From positions 1 to 39,708 of IMG/VR virus record IMGVR_UViG_3300020045_004239: a stretch of 39,708 nt of DNA. One strand, given 5' to 3'. Under the pieces are notes generated by a model. That model ran no database searches, was not told the origin of the DNA, and saw only the letters and a list, made by a program, of their open reading frames with translations. Position 1 is the stretch's first letter, and each line of letters starts with the position of its first letter. The position numbers were made by a program, and so were the translations under genes. Below are positions 7,938 to 15,539 of this stretch, piece after piece. This DNA comes from a virus. Taxonomy: Duplodnaviria > Caudoviricetes.

Positions 7938-8665
7938 AAGTAACATTAATTGATTATCAACCAGATGCACTTGAGCTTTTAATATTTACTAGAGGAACTA
8001 GGTTAAAAGGTGTTAAAAGCATAAACGATATTCGCAATTGGACAGAGCAACAAAAACTAGATGAGCTTGCTAAGATCAAGGACACTATCAAGTCATCATG
8101 GGAATTTGCAACTTACATATTTTCAATTGAAGGTGTCAGCAGGAATTTCACTCATCAGCTAGTTAGAACTCGTACACAGTCTTATGCACAAGAAAGTTTA
8201 CGCGCTGTAGATGCAAGCGAAAGCGGCGTTTATAATCTTGGTCTTAATGAGGCTTATGATGATGCTGTTTACACTTCATTAGCTTGCTATAAGGAGCAGA
8301 TAGGGCAAGGCGTACCGATTCAGGACGCTAGGGGATGCCTCCCTACTGATATACTCACTAACATACTTGTAAAGACAGATTTACGCACTTTACACGATAC
8401 CGCTTTAACTAGATTGTGCGTACGAACAGCGGGGGAATATCAATCAATATTCAAAGCTATGAAAGCTGAGGTAGTTAAAGTTCATCCTTGGGCAGAAGAT
8501 TTTATGAATGTCGCTTGCGTGCAAACTGGTATCTGTTGCTTCCCTAGATATACAGAATGCCCAGTTCAGCCTTATACTATAAAAGTTCAACAAGACCAAA
8601 AAGATGCAATTAAGAAAGTTTGGCGACAAACCAATCACGTAGCAGACCCATCAGGTGTAAAATAA
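7934..8665 (+). CDS. thyX: Divergent ThyX (flavin-dependent thymidylate synthase) homolog
   Basis: FSIEGVSRNFTHQLVRTRTQSYAQESLR, DARGCLP, RLCVR..GE and the C-terminal C..TG.C motif. The canonical RHR-X7-S motif reads RTR-X7-S. Confidence 0.85.
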   Translation: MKVTLIDYQPDALELLIFTRGTRLKGVKSINDIRNWTEQQKLDELAKIKDTIKSSWEFATYIFSIEGVSRNFTHQLVRTRTQSYAQESLRAVDASESGVYNLGLNEAYDDAVYTSLACYKEQIGQGVPIQDARGCLPTDILTNILVKTDLRTLHDTALTRLCVRTAGEYQSIFKAMKAEVVKVHPWAEDFMNVACVQTGICCFPRYTECPVQPYTIKVQQDQKDAIKKVWRQTNHVADPSGVK

Positions 8666-9546
8666 TGAAAGTATTATTGCAAGTACCAAGTTTATATCCA
8701 AATAGATTTGAAATATTTTATGAATCCTTCATTGAACACATGAAGGGGCATTTCCCAAATTGGCATATTAACCGCATTGACACAACACTATATGATGCCC
8801 CTTATATGTGCAGATACAGAGCTAATATCCCAGCTAGGTATGATTACGTCATGCAATGCGATGATGATCTTATTTGGAATAAAGAATGTGTTGATTATTA
8901 TAAAAAAATTGAACTAATATTAAGTAAAATTAGACCTGATGTTTTAAATGTATTTGGTTCTCGTTATCCTAGAGAACTATATCAACCAAATAATTGCATG
9001 ATTGCTACTAATAGAGGGCTGTTTATAAGACAAGAGCATTTGGATTCATTAGTGTGGCTTAATGAAATAAAAGATTTAAAATATGGATTAGAAGAATCTG
9101 TACTTGCGTTTAAGGCACTAGAAAATGGTGGTAAATTTATGGTCATAGGACAATCACCGCTTGAAAGGACGCATAAGTCTGGTAATATTGAACGTGGCAA
9201 TCCTAGTATTTTACATGACTTGACATTAATCGAACAAAACTGTATAAGGTTTATTCGTGAAAGATACAACGACCCTACATGGGATTTTAAAACTGGTAAT
9301 TTTCCTAAAGGATTAAATATGACAGCAAGTAAAAAACAGATAGGTGGTAATCATTACTCAAAGTTAGCTATTCAGCCTTTTGAGTATTGTCACAAAAACC
9401 ACATAGAAGGCGCAGAATCAGCGGTTATAGCATACGTTACCCGTCACCGCGACAAGAACAAGGCTGAGGATTTAAAGAAAGCCATACATACACTTGAACT
9501 TTTACTTGAAGCTGAATATGGAGAAAAATATGATAATCGCGATTGA
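8665..9546 (+). CDS. GT-A-fold glycosyltransferase-like domain fused to a C-terminal DUF3310 (T7 gp1.7/SaV-like nucleotide kinase) domain
   Basis: ATG 8665 overlaps the ThyX stop (TAATG). YDYVMQCDDDL is a DxD motif, followed by GLEESVLA. C-terminal QIGGNHY...IQPFEY...YVTRHRDKNKAEDLKKAIHTLELL is the DUF3310 signature. Confidence 0.7.
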   Translation: MKVLLQVPSLYPNRFEIFYESFIEHMKGHFPNWHINRIDTTLYDAPYMCRYRANIPARYDYVMQCDDDLIWNKECVDYYKKIELILSKIRPDVLNVFGSRYPRELYQPNNCMIATNRGLFIRQEHLDSLVWLNEIKDLKYGLEESVLAFKALENGGKFMVIGQSPLERTHKSGNIERGNPSILHDLTLIEQNCIRFIRERYNDPTWDFKTGNFPKGLNMTASKKQIGGNHYSKLAIQPFEYCHKNHIEGAESAVIAYVTRHRDKNKAEDLKKAIHTLELLLEAEYGEKYDNRD

Positions 9547-10075
9547 TACAGAAACAACTGGGCTTTTGAAGCCTAATGCAGCACCACTCAAAGAACAACC
9601 AAAAATTACAGAAATATATTGTAGAAAGTTTGATTTAGAGGGCAATGTCATTGCAAACTTTCATTCAATGATTAATCCAGAGATTCCTATCCCTGAGCTA
9701 ATTACAAAGATAACAGGCATAAACGACGAAGCGGTTAAAAATGCTCCAACATTTGTCGAGATATACAAAGACTTAGCAGAATTTTTTGTAGGCTGTAAGT
9801 ATGCCACAGGCCATAACCTAGGCTTTGACAGGGATATGCTTGCAAACGAACTGTTAAGGATTGACCAAATTTGCGCTTTCCCTTGGCCACCTTTACAGAT
9901 TTGTACAGTGGTAAAGTCTTATGATATTAGAGGTTATAGATTAAGTTTAGATAAACTTTATCGTGAATTATTTAATACAGATAGACCAGGTGTAAAACAT
10001 AGGGCTATGAATGATGTAGTAGATCAAAGCAAATGCTTCTTTAAGCTAATTGAAAGAGGAAATATTGTATTATGA
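9530..10075 (+). CDS. dnaQ: DEDDh 3'-5' exonuclease (DNA Pol III epsilon-like)
   Basis: GGAG SD, ATG 9530; IDTETTG, GHNLGFD and HRAMND motifs. Confidence 0.9.
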   Translation: MIIAIDTETTGLLKPNAAPLKEQPKITEIYCRKFDLEGNVIANFHSMINPEIPIPELITKITGINDEAVKNAPTFVEIYKDLAEFFVGCKYATGHNLGFDRDMLANELLRIDQICAFPWPPLQICTVVKSYDIRGYRLSLDKLYRELFNTDRPGVKHRAMNDVVDQSKCFFKLIERGNIVL

Positions 10076-12777
10076 TGCGTATCGCACTCTTATCTGAATA
10101 CAGTTTTGGTAAATCATACTCTAAGGTTAAAGATTTAGTAAAACTAGAAGGAGATTATATTGGCATTGCCGACTATAACAACACTTTCTCTCATGTGTAT
10201 CTTGAGAAAGAGTGCAAGTCTATTGGAAAGAAACCTATCTTTGGTGTGCGCCTGAATGTTTGCTCTAATATGACTGAACGATTTGATTATCATTCGTTTG
10301 AAACCATATTGATTGCTAAGAATAACGAAGGTCTTAGGGAAATAAACTATCTAACAAGTAAAGTATGGGAGCAGTTCTATTATACACCTAGGCTTTTAAT
10401 TGACCAGTGGCAAGGCATATCGAAAAACATAATCGTTATTGATGCGTATTCTGAGCTAAAACCATTAAACTTTATGAATGGTGGAAATATTTACGTTGAT
10501 TGCAATAACTATATTAATTTGCAGGACAGGGATATTTATCAAATTGTTGCTGGTTCTTCTAAGCGTGGCGATGACCGCAATTTTAACTTCGATACCGCTT
10601 GCTATCCTCAGCACGTTTTAAGTGAAAGAGAAGCTCAAGCATACTTTGGTCAAGAACCTGTTGATTATACTGATGCTGTAGCTAGTCAATGCAATGCTGC
10701 TATCACTAAAGCGGAAATGGTTAAGTTTGATGGCATCAAGGATTTATATGGCATTTGTATTGATAGCTATAAGTATAAGGATGAATATGCAGAGCGGCTT
10801 GAATATGAACTTGGATTAATAAAATCCAAAGGATATGAGGACTACTTCTTAATCGTATCTGATATGATTAAACATGCAAAGAAAAATGGAATATTAGTTG
10901 GTCCGAGTCGTGGTTCGTCTGCTGGTTCTCTTGTCTGTTATTTGATGGATATTACTGAGATTAATCCAATTGAGCATAACTTATTGTTTGAGAGGTTCAT
11001 TGATATTAATCGTACTGACTTGCCTGATATTGATGTGGATTTTCCTGATGATAGTAGAAGTTTTGTTATAGACTATCTTATCAAGAAATATGGATCTAGT
11101 AATGTTAGTTCAGTTGCAAACATAAACAGGCTACAGGCTAAGTCTGCTATAGCTGAATTTGCTTATGCCCTTGGTATTCCTAGGTATTTAACAGAGGATG
11201 TTAAAAATTCAATTGTTGAACGAAGTAGTGGTGATGCTCGTTCATCTAATACGCTTGAGGATACTTTTGAGGATACAGAAGCTGGAAAAACTTTTATTAA
11301 ACAATATCCTGTTATGCGATTATGTTATGAAGTTGAAGGGCTTGCTAATCATGCTGGTAAACATGCCGCTGGTATTATTGTCTCTAATAAGCCGCTTAAC
11401 AATTTTTCGGCGGTTGATTCTAGGGCGGGTATCATTCAACTAGACAAGAAGGGTGCTGACTACGTAGGCCTGCTTAAAATTGACGCGCTAGGGCTACGTA
11501 CACTAACAATTTTATCCGAGATATGCGGTAGCATAGGGATGTCAATAAACGACCTGTACGGGCTTGATTTAGGGGATTCCTTGACCTATCGATTATTCGC
11601 CGATATGCGCCTGAATGGGATTTTTCAGTTTGAAGGGGCTGCGCTTCGGAATATCGTCAAGCAGATCGGGGCAGAGTGCTTTAACGACCTTGCCTTAATT
11701 ACCGCCCTGAGCAGACCGGGTGCATTGAATTCAGGAGGAACGGGTAGGTATATTGAAATTAAAAAAGGGAACAAGGAGGCGATATATCTATCAGAAAAAC
11801 ACAAAGAGATAACAGAAGAATCCTTAGGCGTAGTTGTTTATCAAGAACAAATGATGTCAATTTGTAAGGAAATGGGACGTATGTCATGGGAAGATGTTAA
11901 CTCTTTACGTGCTGCCGCTTCTAGGTCTATGGGCGATGCGTTCTTTGCACAGTATAAGGATAAATTTATCGAAGGGTGTATGGTTGAGTTCCCTAAAGAA
12001 GAAGCGACCTCTTTATGGGAAAACATCAACAAGTCTGGTTCATGGCTATTCAACAAATCTCATGCTGTTAGTTACGCTGTTGTGTCTTATTGGACTGCTT
12101 ATTTCAAGGCGAACTATCCAAAAGAGTTTGCGATTGCTAATTTAAATCATGTTGCTGATGAACAGGCTGGCGTGAGTCTTTTGCGCGACCTTGTTGAAAA
12201 TGATGGCATGAAGTACAAAGCGGTAGACCCTGACGAATCGGATGTGTATTGGACTATTAAAGATGGTATCCTTTTAGGTGGACTTACTAATATTGATGGA
12301 ATAGGCGTATCTAAAGCAAAGGATATTGTTAAGAATAGAAAAACAGGCAAGATGACGCCTGGATTAATGAAAAAGTTAATGAATCCTGTTACTGTTTACG
12401 ACGACCTATATCCAATCAAAACTAAATTCGGAAAGTTATTTACTCCAAATATATCATTCATTAAGGATGTTAAAACAAAAGGCAAGTATGAAATAATAGG
12501 AATGATTGAAACACTTGATACTCGTGATGTAAATGATTATCAGGCACTTGCCAGGCGTGAAGGTAGGCGAATAGAAGGCAATAGTCTATATCTTCGTTTC
12601 ATTATTAAAGATGATACCGATTCTATAATTATGCTTGTCAATTATAAGAGCTATGAAAAGATGAATGGCAAAGCTTTATCAGAAGCGGCAGTTCCAGGAA
12701 CATTTGTATATGTTCGTGCAACACTTGATAGTGAAAGTTGGAGAACACTTAACATTAATTATATTGAGATATTATGA
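10072..12777 (+). CDS. dnaE: Family C DNA polymerase (DnaE / Pol III alpha-like), compact 901 aa
   Basis: PHP-like N-terminus, RGSSAGSLV, LFERF, PDIDVDF, KHAAG, KIDALGL, FQFEG, YQEQ, FNKSHA, HhH GLTNIDGIG and C-terminal OB-like region. Confidence 0.95.
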   Translation: MMRIALLSEYSFGKSYSKVKDLVKLEGDYIGIADYNNTFSHVYLEKECKSIGKKPIFGVRLNVCSNMTERFDYHSFETILIAKNNEGLREINYLTSKVWEQFYYTPRLLIDQWQGISKNIIVIDAYSELKPLNFMNGGNIYVDCNNYINLQDRDIYQIVAGSSKRGDDRNFNFDTACYPQHVLSEREAQAYFGQEPVDYTDAVASQCNAAITKAEMVKFDGIKDLYGICIDSYKYKDEYAERLEYELGLIKSKGYEDYFLIVSDMIKHAKKNGILVGPSRGSSAGSLVCYLMDITEINPIEHNLLFERFIDINRTDLPDIDVDFPDDSRSFVIDYLIKKYGSSNVSSVANINRLQAKSAIAEFAYALGIPRYLTEDVKNSIVERSSGDARSSNTLEDTFEDTEAGKTFIKQYPVMRLCYEVEGLANHAGKHAAGIIVSNKPLNNFSAVDSRAGIIQLDKKGADYVGLLKIDALGLRTLTILSEICGSIGMSINDLYGLDLGDSLTYRLFADMRLNGIFQFEGAALRNIVKQIGAECFNDLALITALSRPGALNSGGTGRYIEIKKGNKEAIYLSEKHKEITEESLGVVVYQEQMMSICKEMGRMSWEDVNSLRAAASRSMGDAFFAQYKDKFIEGCMVEFPKEEATSLWENINKSGSWLFNKSHAVSYAVVSYWTAYFKANYPKEFAIANLNHVADEQAGVSLLRDLVENDGMKYKAVDPDESDVYWTIKDGILLGGLTNIDGIGVSKAKDIVKNRKTGKMTPGLMKKLMNPVTVYDDLYPIKTKFGKLFTPNISFIKDVKTKGKYEIIGMIETLDTRDVNDYQALARREGRRIEGNSLYLRFIIKDDTDSIIMLVNYKSYEKMNGKALSEAAVPGTFVYVRATLDSESWRTLNINYIEIL

Positions 12778-13007
12778 AAAATACATTGCACATAATTGTA
12801 ACAGATTTTGGAAATGTAAAATTATCCAATAAAACTTTAAATTGGTTAAATGGAATTGATAGTAATTGGGAAGAAGTTTATTATAATAAAAGAAAAAGAG
12901 GAAAACATGCAAGATATGTTAGGCAAAATGTAAATGAGCTTTATACTGCAATAAAAATTTCATCAATCATATCGTATTTTAATAATGAAGTTTTAGATGA
13001 ATTTTAA
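12774..13007 (+). CDS. Hypothetical protein (77 aa)
   Basis: ORF track; ATGA overlap with dnaE. Confidence 0.6.
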   Translation: MKNTLHIIVTDFGNVKLSNKTLNWLNGIDSNWEEVYYNKRKRGKHARYVRQNVNELYTAIKISSIISYFNNEVLDEF

Positions 13008-13013
13008 TTGGGA

Positions 13014-13042
13014 TTGGCATTTGCTTAAAAGTATGATACAAT
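13014..13042 (+). promoter_or_regulatory. Sigma70-like promoter
   Basis: TTGGCA-N17-TACAAT with extended -10 TG, followed by AGGAG SD and ATG 13075. Confidence 0.7.
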
Positions 13043-13074
13043 AAAATTTCACTTAAACTAGGAGTTAAAAAATC

Positions 13075-13254
13075 ATGAACTATCAAGATAAGCAGCATAT
13101 TAATCGATTGCACGATGAAATCTCGCAAGACGAATTTTTAGCAAAAACAATGCTCGCAAAATCACCTACAGTTGCAAAAGCAATACAAGAACGCATTACC
13201 CAAAAGCTGGTTGAAATATCTGAGATCTACGAAATTGGCGGGGACTATAGATGA
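13075..13254 (+). CDS. Small hypothetical protein (59 aa)
   Basis: Not in track; AGGAG SD; MNYQDKQHINRLHDEISQDEF...GGDYR*; ATGA overlap with the next ORF. Confidence 0.75.
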   Translation: MNYQDKQHINRLHDEISQDEFLAKTMLAKSPTVAKAIQERITQKLVEISEIYEIGGDYR

Positions 13255-13433
13255 GCAAAATTAAATTTGTGCAAAATGGGAATAAACTTTCTTTTGAAAT
13301 TTATGGTGAAACAATTGCTGTTAAGCGTAACAATGTGTGGGTTAACACAAAACTTCTCACGCCTGAACTTGCAAATGAACTAGAAGAGAAGATTAAAGCG
13401 GTTTGCCCGATGACAATAATAGCGGAGAAATAA
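13251..13433 (+). CDS. Small hypothetical protein (60 aa)
   Basis: ORF track; GGGGA SD; coupled to the upstream ORF. Confidence 0.7.
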   Translation: MSKIKFVQNGNKLSFEIYGETIAVKRNNVWVNTKLLTPELANELEEKIKAVCPMTIIAEK

Positions 13434-13434
13434 A

Positions 13435-13602
13435 ATGACTTTTAAACTTGGAACAAACATAAAACCTGGACAGCAAATAAAAACATCTAATGGCTGGAGA
13501 ATAGTGATTGTTGTAACAGACGAAGGGGCCAAAACTAAGGATGGAATCGTTAAATTTGGTGAAACAGTGCATGGGTGGAAAGGAGCTTACACCATAGCAT
13601 AA
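13435..13602 (+). CDS. Small hypothetical protein (55 aa)
   Basis: Not in track; GGAG SD; MTFKLGTNIKPGQQIKTSNGWRIV...GAYTIA*. Confidence 0.65.
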   Translation: MTFKLGTNIKPGQQIKTSNGWRIVIVVTDEGAKTKDGIVKFGETVHGWKGAYTIA

Positions 13603-13629
13603 GACTACTACGCATAGGTAAACTTAAAA

Positions 13630-14679
13630 ATGAAAACATTATATAAAATCAGTAGTGCAGCGGCAATTCAAGAGTGGAGTATCCGTGAGCATGGAGAATG
13701 CCAGTTAATCATTAACTGGGGGCAAAAGTATGGAGTTAAGCAACAACAAATTGAAGATATTGAACTAAATCAGTCAGGACGCTCTATGAAAGAGCAAGTA
13801 TACTTGCGAATGGAATCTCGTATAAATAAACAGAAGGATAAGGGCTATTGCGAGACAATCGAAGAAGCTAGGGCGAGTATTGGCCTTAATGCTAGTAAGC
13901 TGCTTAAACCTATGTTAGCACAAACCTATGATGGCAAAAGGTCTAATAGAAATGGATTTTGGCAATACAAGTATAATGGACACCGCTGTTTGATTACACG
14001 GCAAGGCGACGAACTTATTGCTTACTCCCGCAATGGCAAGCCTATCAATACAGTTAACCATATATTTGAAGGTATGGATATTCCTGAAGGCGTAACGCTT
14101 GATGGCGAATTGTACATACATGGCAAGCCTTTACAGACTATCTCAAGTATTGTTAGGCGCGTGCAACCAGACAATGCAAAGCTCTCGTATATTATTTATG
14201 ATTCAATATCGAGTAAAGTATTTAGCGATCGTTTCAATATGTTACAAACATATAAAATAGGGAACAACGCTATTACTGCCCCAACATTTAAAGGATATAC
14301 AAGTAATCTAGCATCTAATCTTTCTATAAAAGAAGTTCAAGCCAAAGGATTTGAAGGCTTAATGTTCAGGGATAACAATAAGCCGTACGAACCAGGCAAG
14401 CGGTCATCACAATTGTTGAAAGCTAAGATTTCGGATGACATGGAAGTTAGAGTGCTAAAGATTAGCCCATCTAAAGATGGCTGGGCTATACTGCATTGCG
14501 TAACACCAGACTTGAAGTTTGTTTCTGTTACCGCTCCTGGGACTATGGAACAGAAATATGAAATTTACGAGAATGCACACGTCTACGTTGGTAAAATGTT
14601 AAATATTGAATTTGCTGAACTTACAAAAGATGGCGTACCTTTTCACCCTGTGGCAATTGCTTTTAGAGAGGAAGAATAA
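13630..14679 (+). CDS. ATP-dependent DNA ligase with N-terminal WGR-like region
   Basis: KPMLA, motif I QYKYNGHRC, YSRNGK, LDGELY, FEGLMFR, LLKAK and OB domain ending DGVPFHP. Confidence 0.9.
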   Translation: MKTLYKISSAAAIQEWSIREHGECQLIINWGQKYGVKQQQIEDIELNQSGRSMKEQVYLRMESRINKQKDKGYCETIEEARASIGLNASKLLKPMLAQTYDGKRSNRNGFWQYKYNGHRCLITRQGDELIAYSRNGKPINTVNHIFEGMDIPEGVTLDGELYIHGKPLQTISSIVRRVQPDNAKLSYIIYDSISSKVFSDRFNMLQTYKIGNNAITAPTFKGYTSNLASNLSIKEVQAKGFEGLMFRDNNKPYEPGKRSSQLLKAKISDDMEVRVLKISPSKDGWAILHCVTPDLKFVSVTAPGTMEQKYEIYENAHVYVGKMLNIEFAELTKDGVPFHPVAIAFREEE

Positions 14680-14798
14680 TGGAAATTTATCTTGCTTTTT
14701 TCGCAGGTCTTATTATTGGCCAGGTTGCGACGTTGCTTTGTGTGTTCAATATAGTGCGACAATATTTAGATGACAAAATTTTTAGAGAGAAAGAATGA
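14679..14798 (+). CDS. Small single-TM membrane peptide 1 (39 aa)
   Basis: MEIYLAFFAGLIIGQVATLLCVFNIVRQYLDDKIFREKE*; GAGG SD; TAATG overlap with the ligase. Confidence 0.65.
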   Translation: MEIYLAFFAGLIIGQVATLLCVFNIVRQYLDDKIFREKE

Positions 14799-14902
14799 TG
14801 GAAATTTTATTTGCTTTTATCGCTGGCATTATCTCGGGTCTTATTATTGGCAAAGTTGCTATGTTGATCTGGGTGTTCATCGTGGGCGACAATGAAAATT
14901 AA
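14795..14902 (+). CDS. Small single-TM membrane peptide 2 (35 aa), paralog of peptide 1
   Basis: MMEILFAFIAGIISGLIIGKVAMLIWVFIVGDNEN*; shares GGTCTTATTATTGGC with peptide 1. Confidence 0.65.
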   Translation: MMEILFAFIAGIISGLIIGKVAMLIWVFIVGDNEN

Positions 14903-15032
14903 CTGCTTAATGAGAATGCCACTGATGACTAGCACACCGCTTGCTGAATGGCTCATTAAGACAACACCATCTTGCGCCACCTGTAGCGTGATTTTTTATA
15001 TCTTGTTCGATTGATTCTTTGGAGAATGGCAT

Positions 15033-15140
15033 ATGTTTGAGTTTATTATAGGACTTGTTCTGGGTATTACTATTGGGTCTTTTGCTATGTTTGTCTGGGT
15101 AATTTTGTGCAGTGGTCTTCGAGATGACTGGGACGATTGA
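15033..15140 (+). CDS. Small single-TM membrane peptide 3 (35 aa)
   Basis: GGAG SD; MFEFIIGLVLGITIGSFAMFVWVILCSGLRDDWDD*. Confidence 0.65.
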   Translation: MFEFIIGLVLGITIGSFAMFVWVILCSGLRDDWDD

Positions 15141-15154
15141 CTTAAATACAACAT

Positions 15155-15349
15155 CTATCGGGTGCAGTTTTTTTTAGCATCCTCAGCCGCTTGTTTAGCG
15201 TCTTTCAATGCCTGAGTATACAGCTGTTGTATTTGCTGATCCTTGCCTTTGACATCCTGTTGTAGATTTGATATTACAGCATTGTCGGGGCAAGGGATAG
15301 CTACAATAGTAGCAAGGATAATAAACACTACAGATAAGGGGCTATTCAT
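15155..15349 (-). CDS. Putative spanin-like protein (N-terminal hydrophobic segment plus coiled coil)
   Basis: Start at ATG 15349 (MNSPLSVVFIILATIVAIPC...), overlapping the upstream stop; last gene of the lysis cassette. Confidence 0.5.
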   Translation of the reverse strand: MNSPLSVVFIILATIVAIPCPDNAVISNLQQDVKGKDQQIQQLYTQALKDAKQAAEDAKKNCTR

Positions 15350-15539
15350 CTTTCTTAACCCCGTACTTCTCAGTGACACCCGCCGCAATAGCTAACAGCG
15401 TACTTACCGCATAATTAGTGTAAGGTATAGTAAACCAGTGCGACGCTACCCATATTGTAATACAAGCAATAGCTATCAACAAAAATATTACTGCTTGATA
15501 GCTATTGTTAAAACATTCTGTAATTTCTTGGCAATTCAT
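15342..15539 (-). CDS. Small two-TM membrane protein in the lysis cassette
   Basis: Two hydrophobic segments and a charged C-terminus; directly downstream of the endolysin. Confidence 0.55.
   Translation of the reverse strand: MNCQEITECFNNSYQAVIFLLIAIACITIWVASHWFTIPYTNYAVSTLLAIAAGVTEKYGVKKDE

Noticed and set aside
14892-15014. 40-aa ORF MKINCLMRMPLMTSTPLAEWL...
   Set aside because: It fills a gap but has only a weak SD and no recognisable features; left uncalled.
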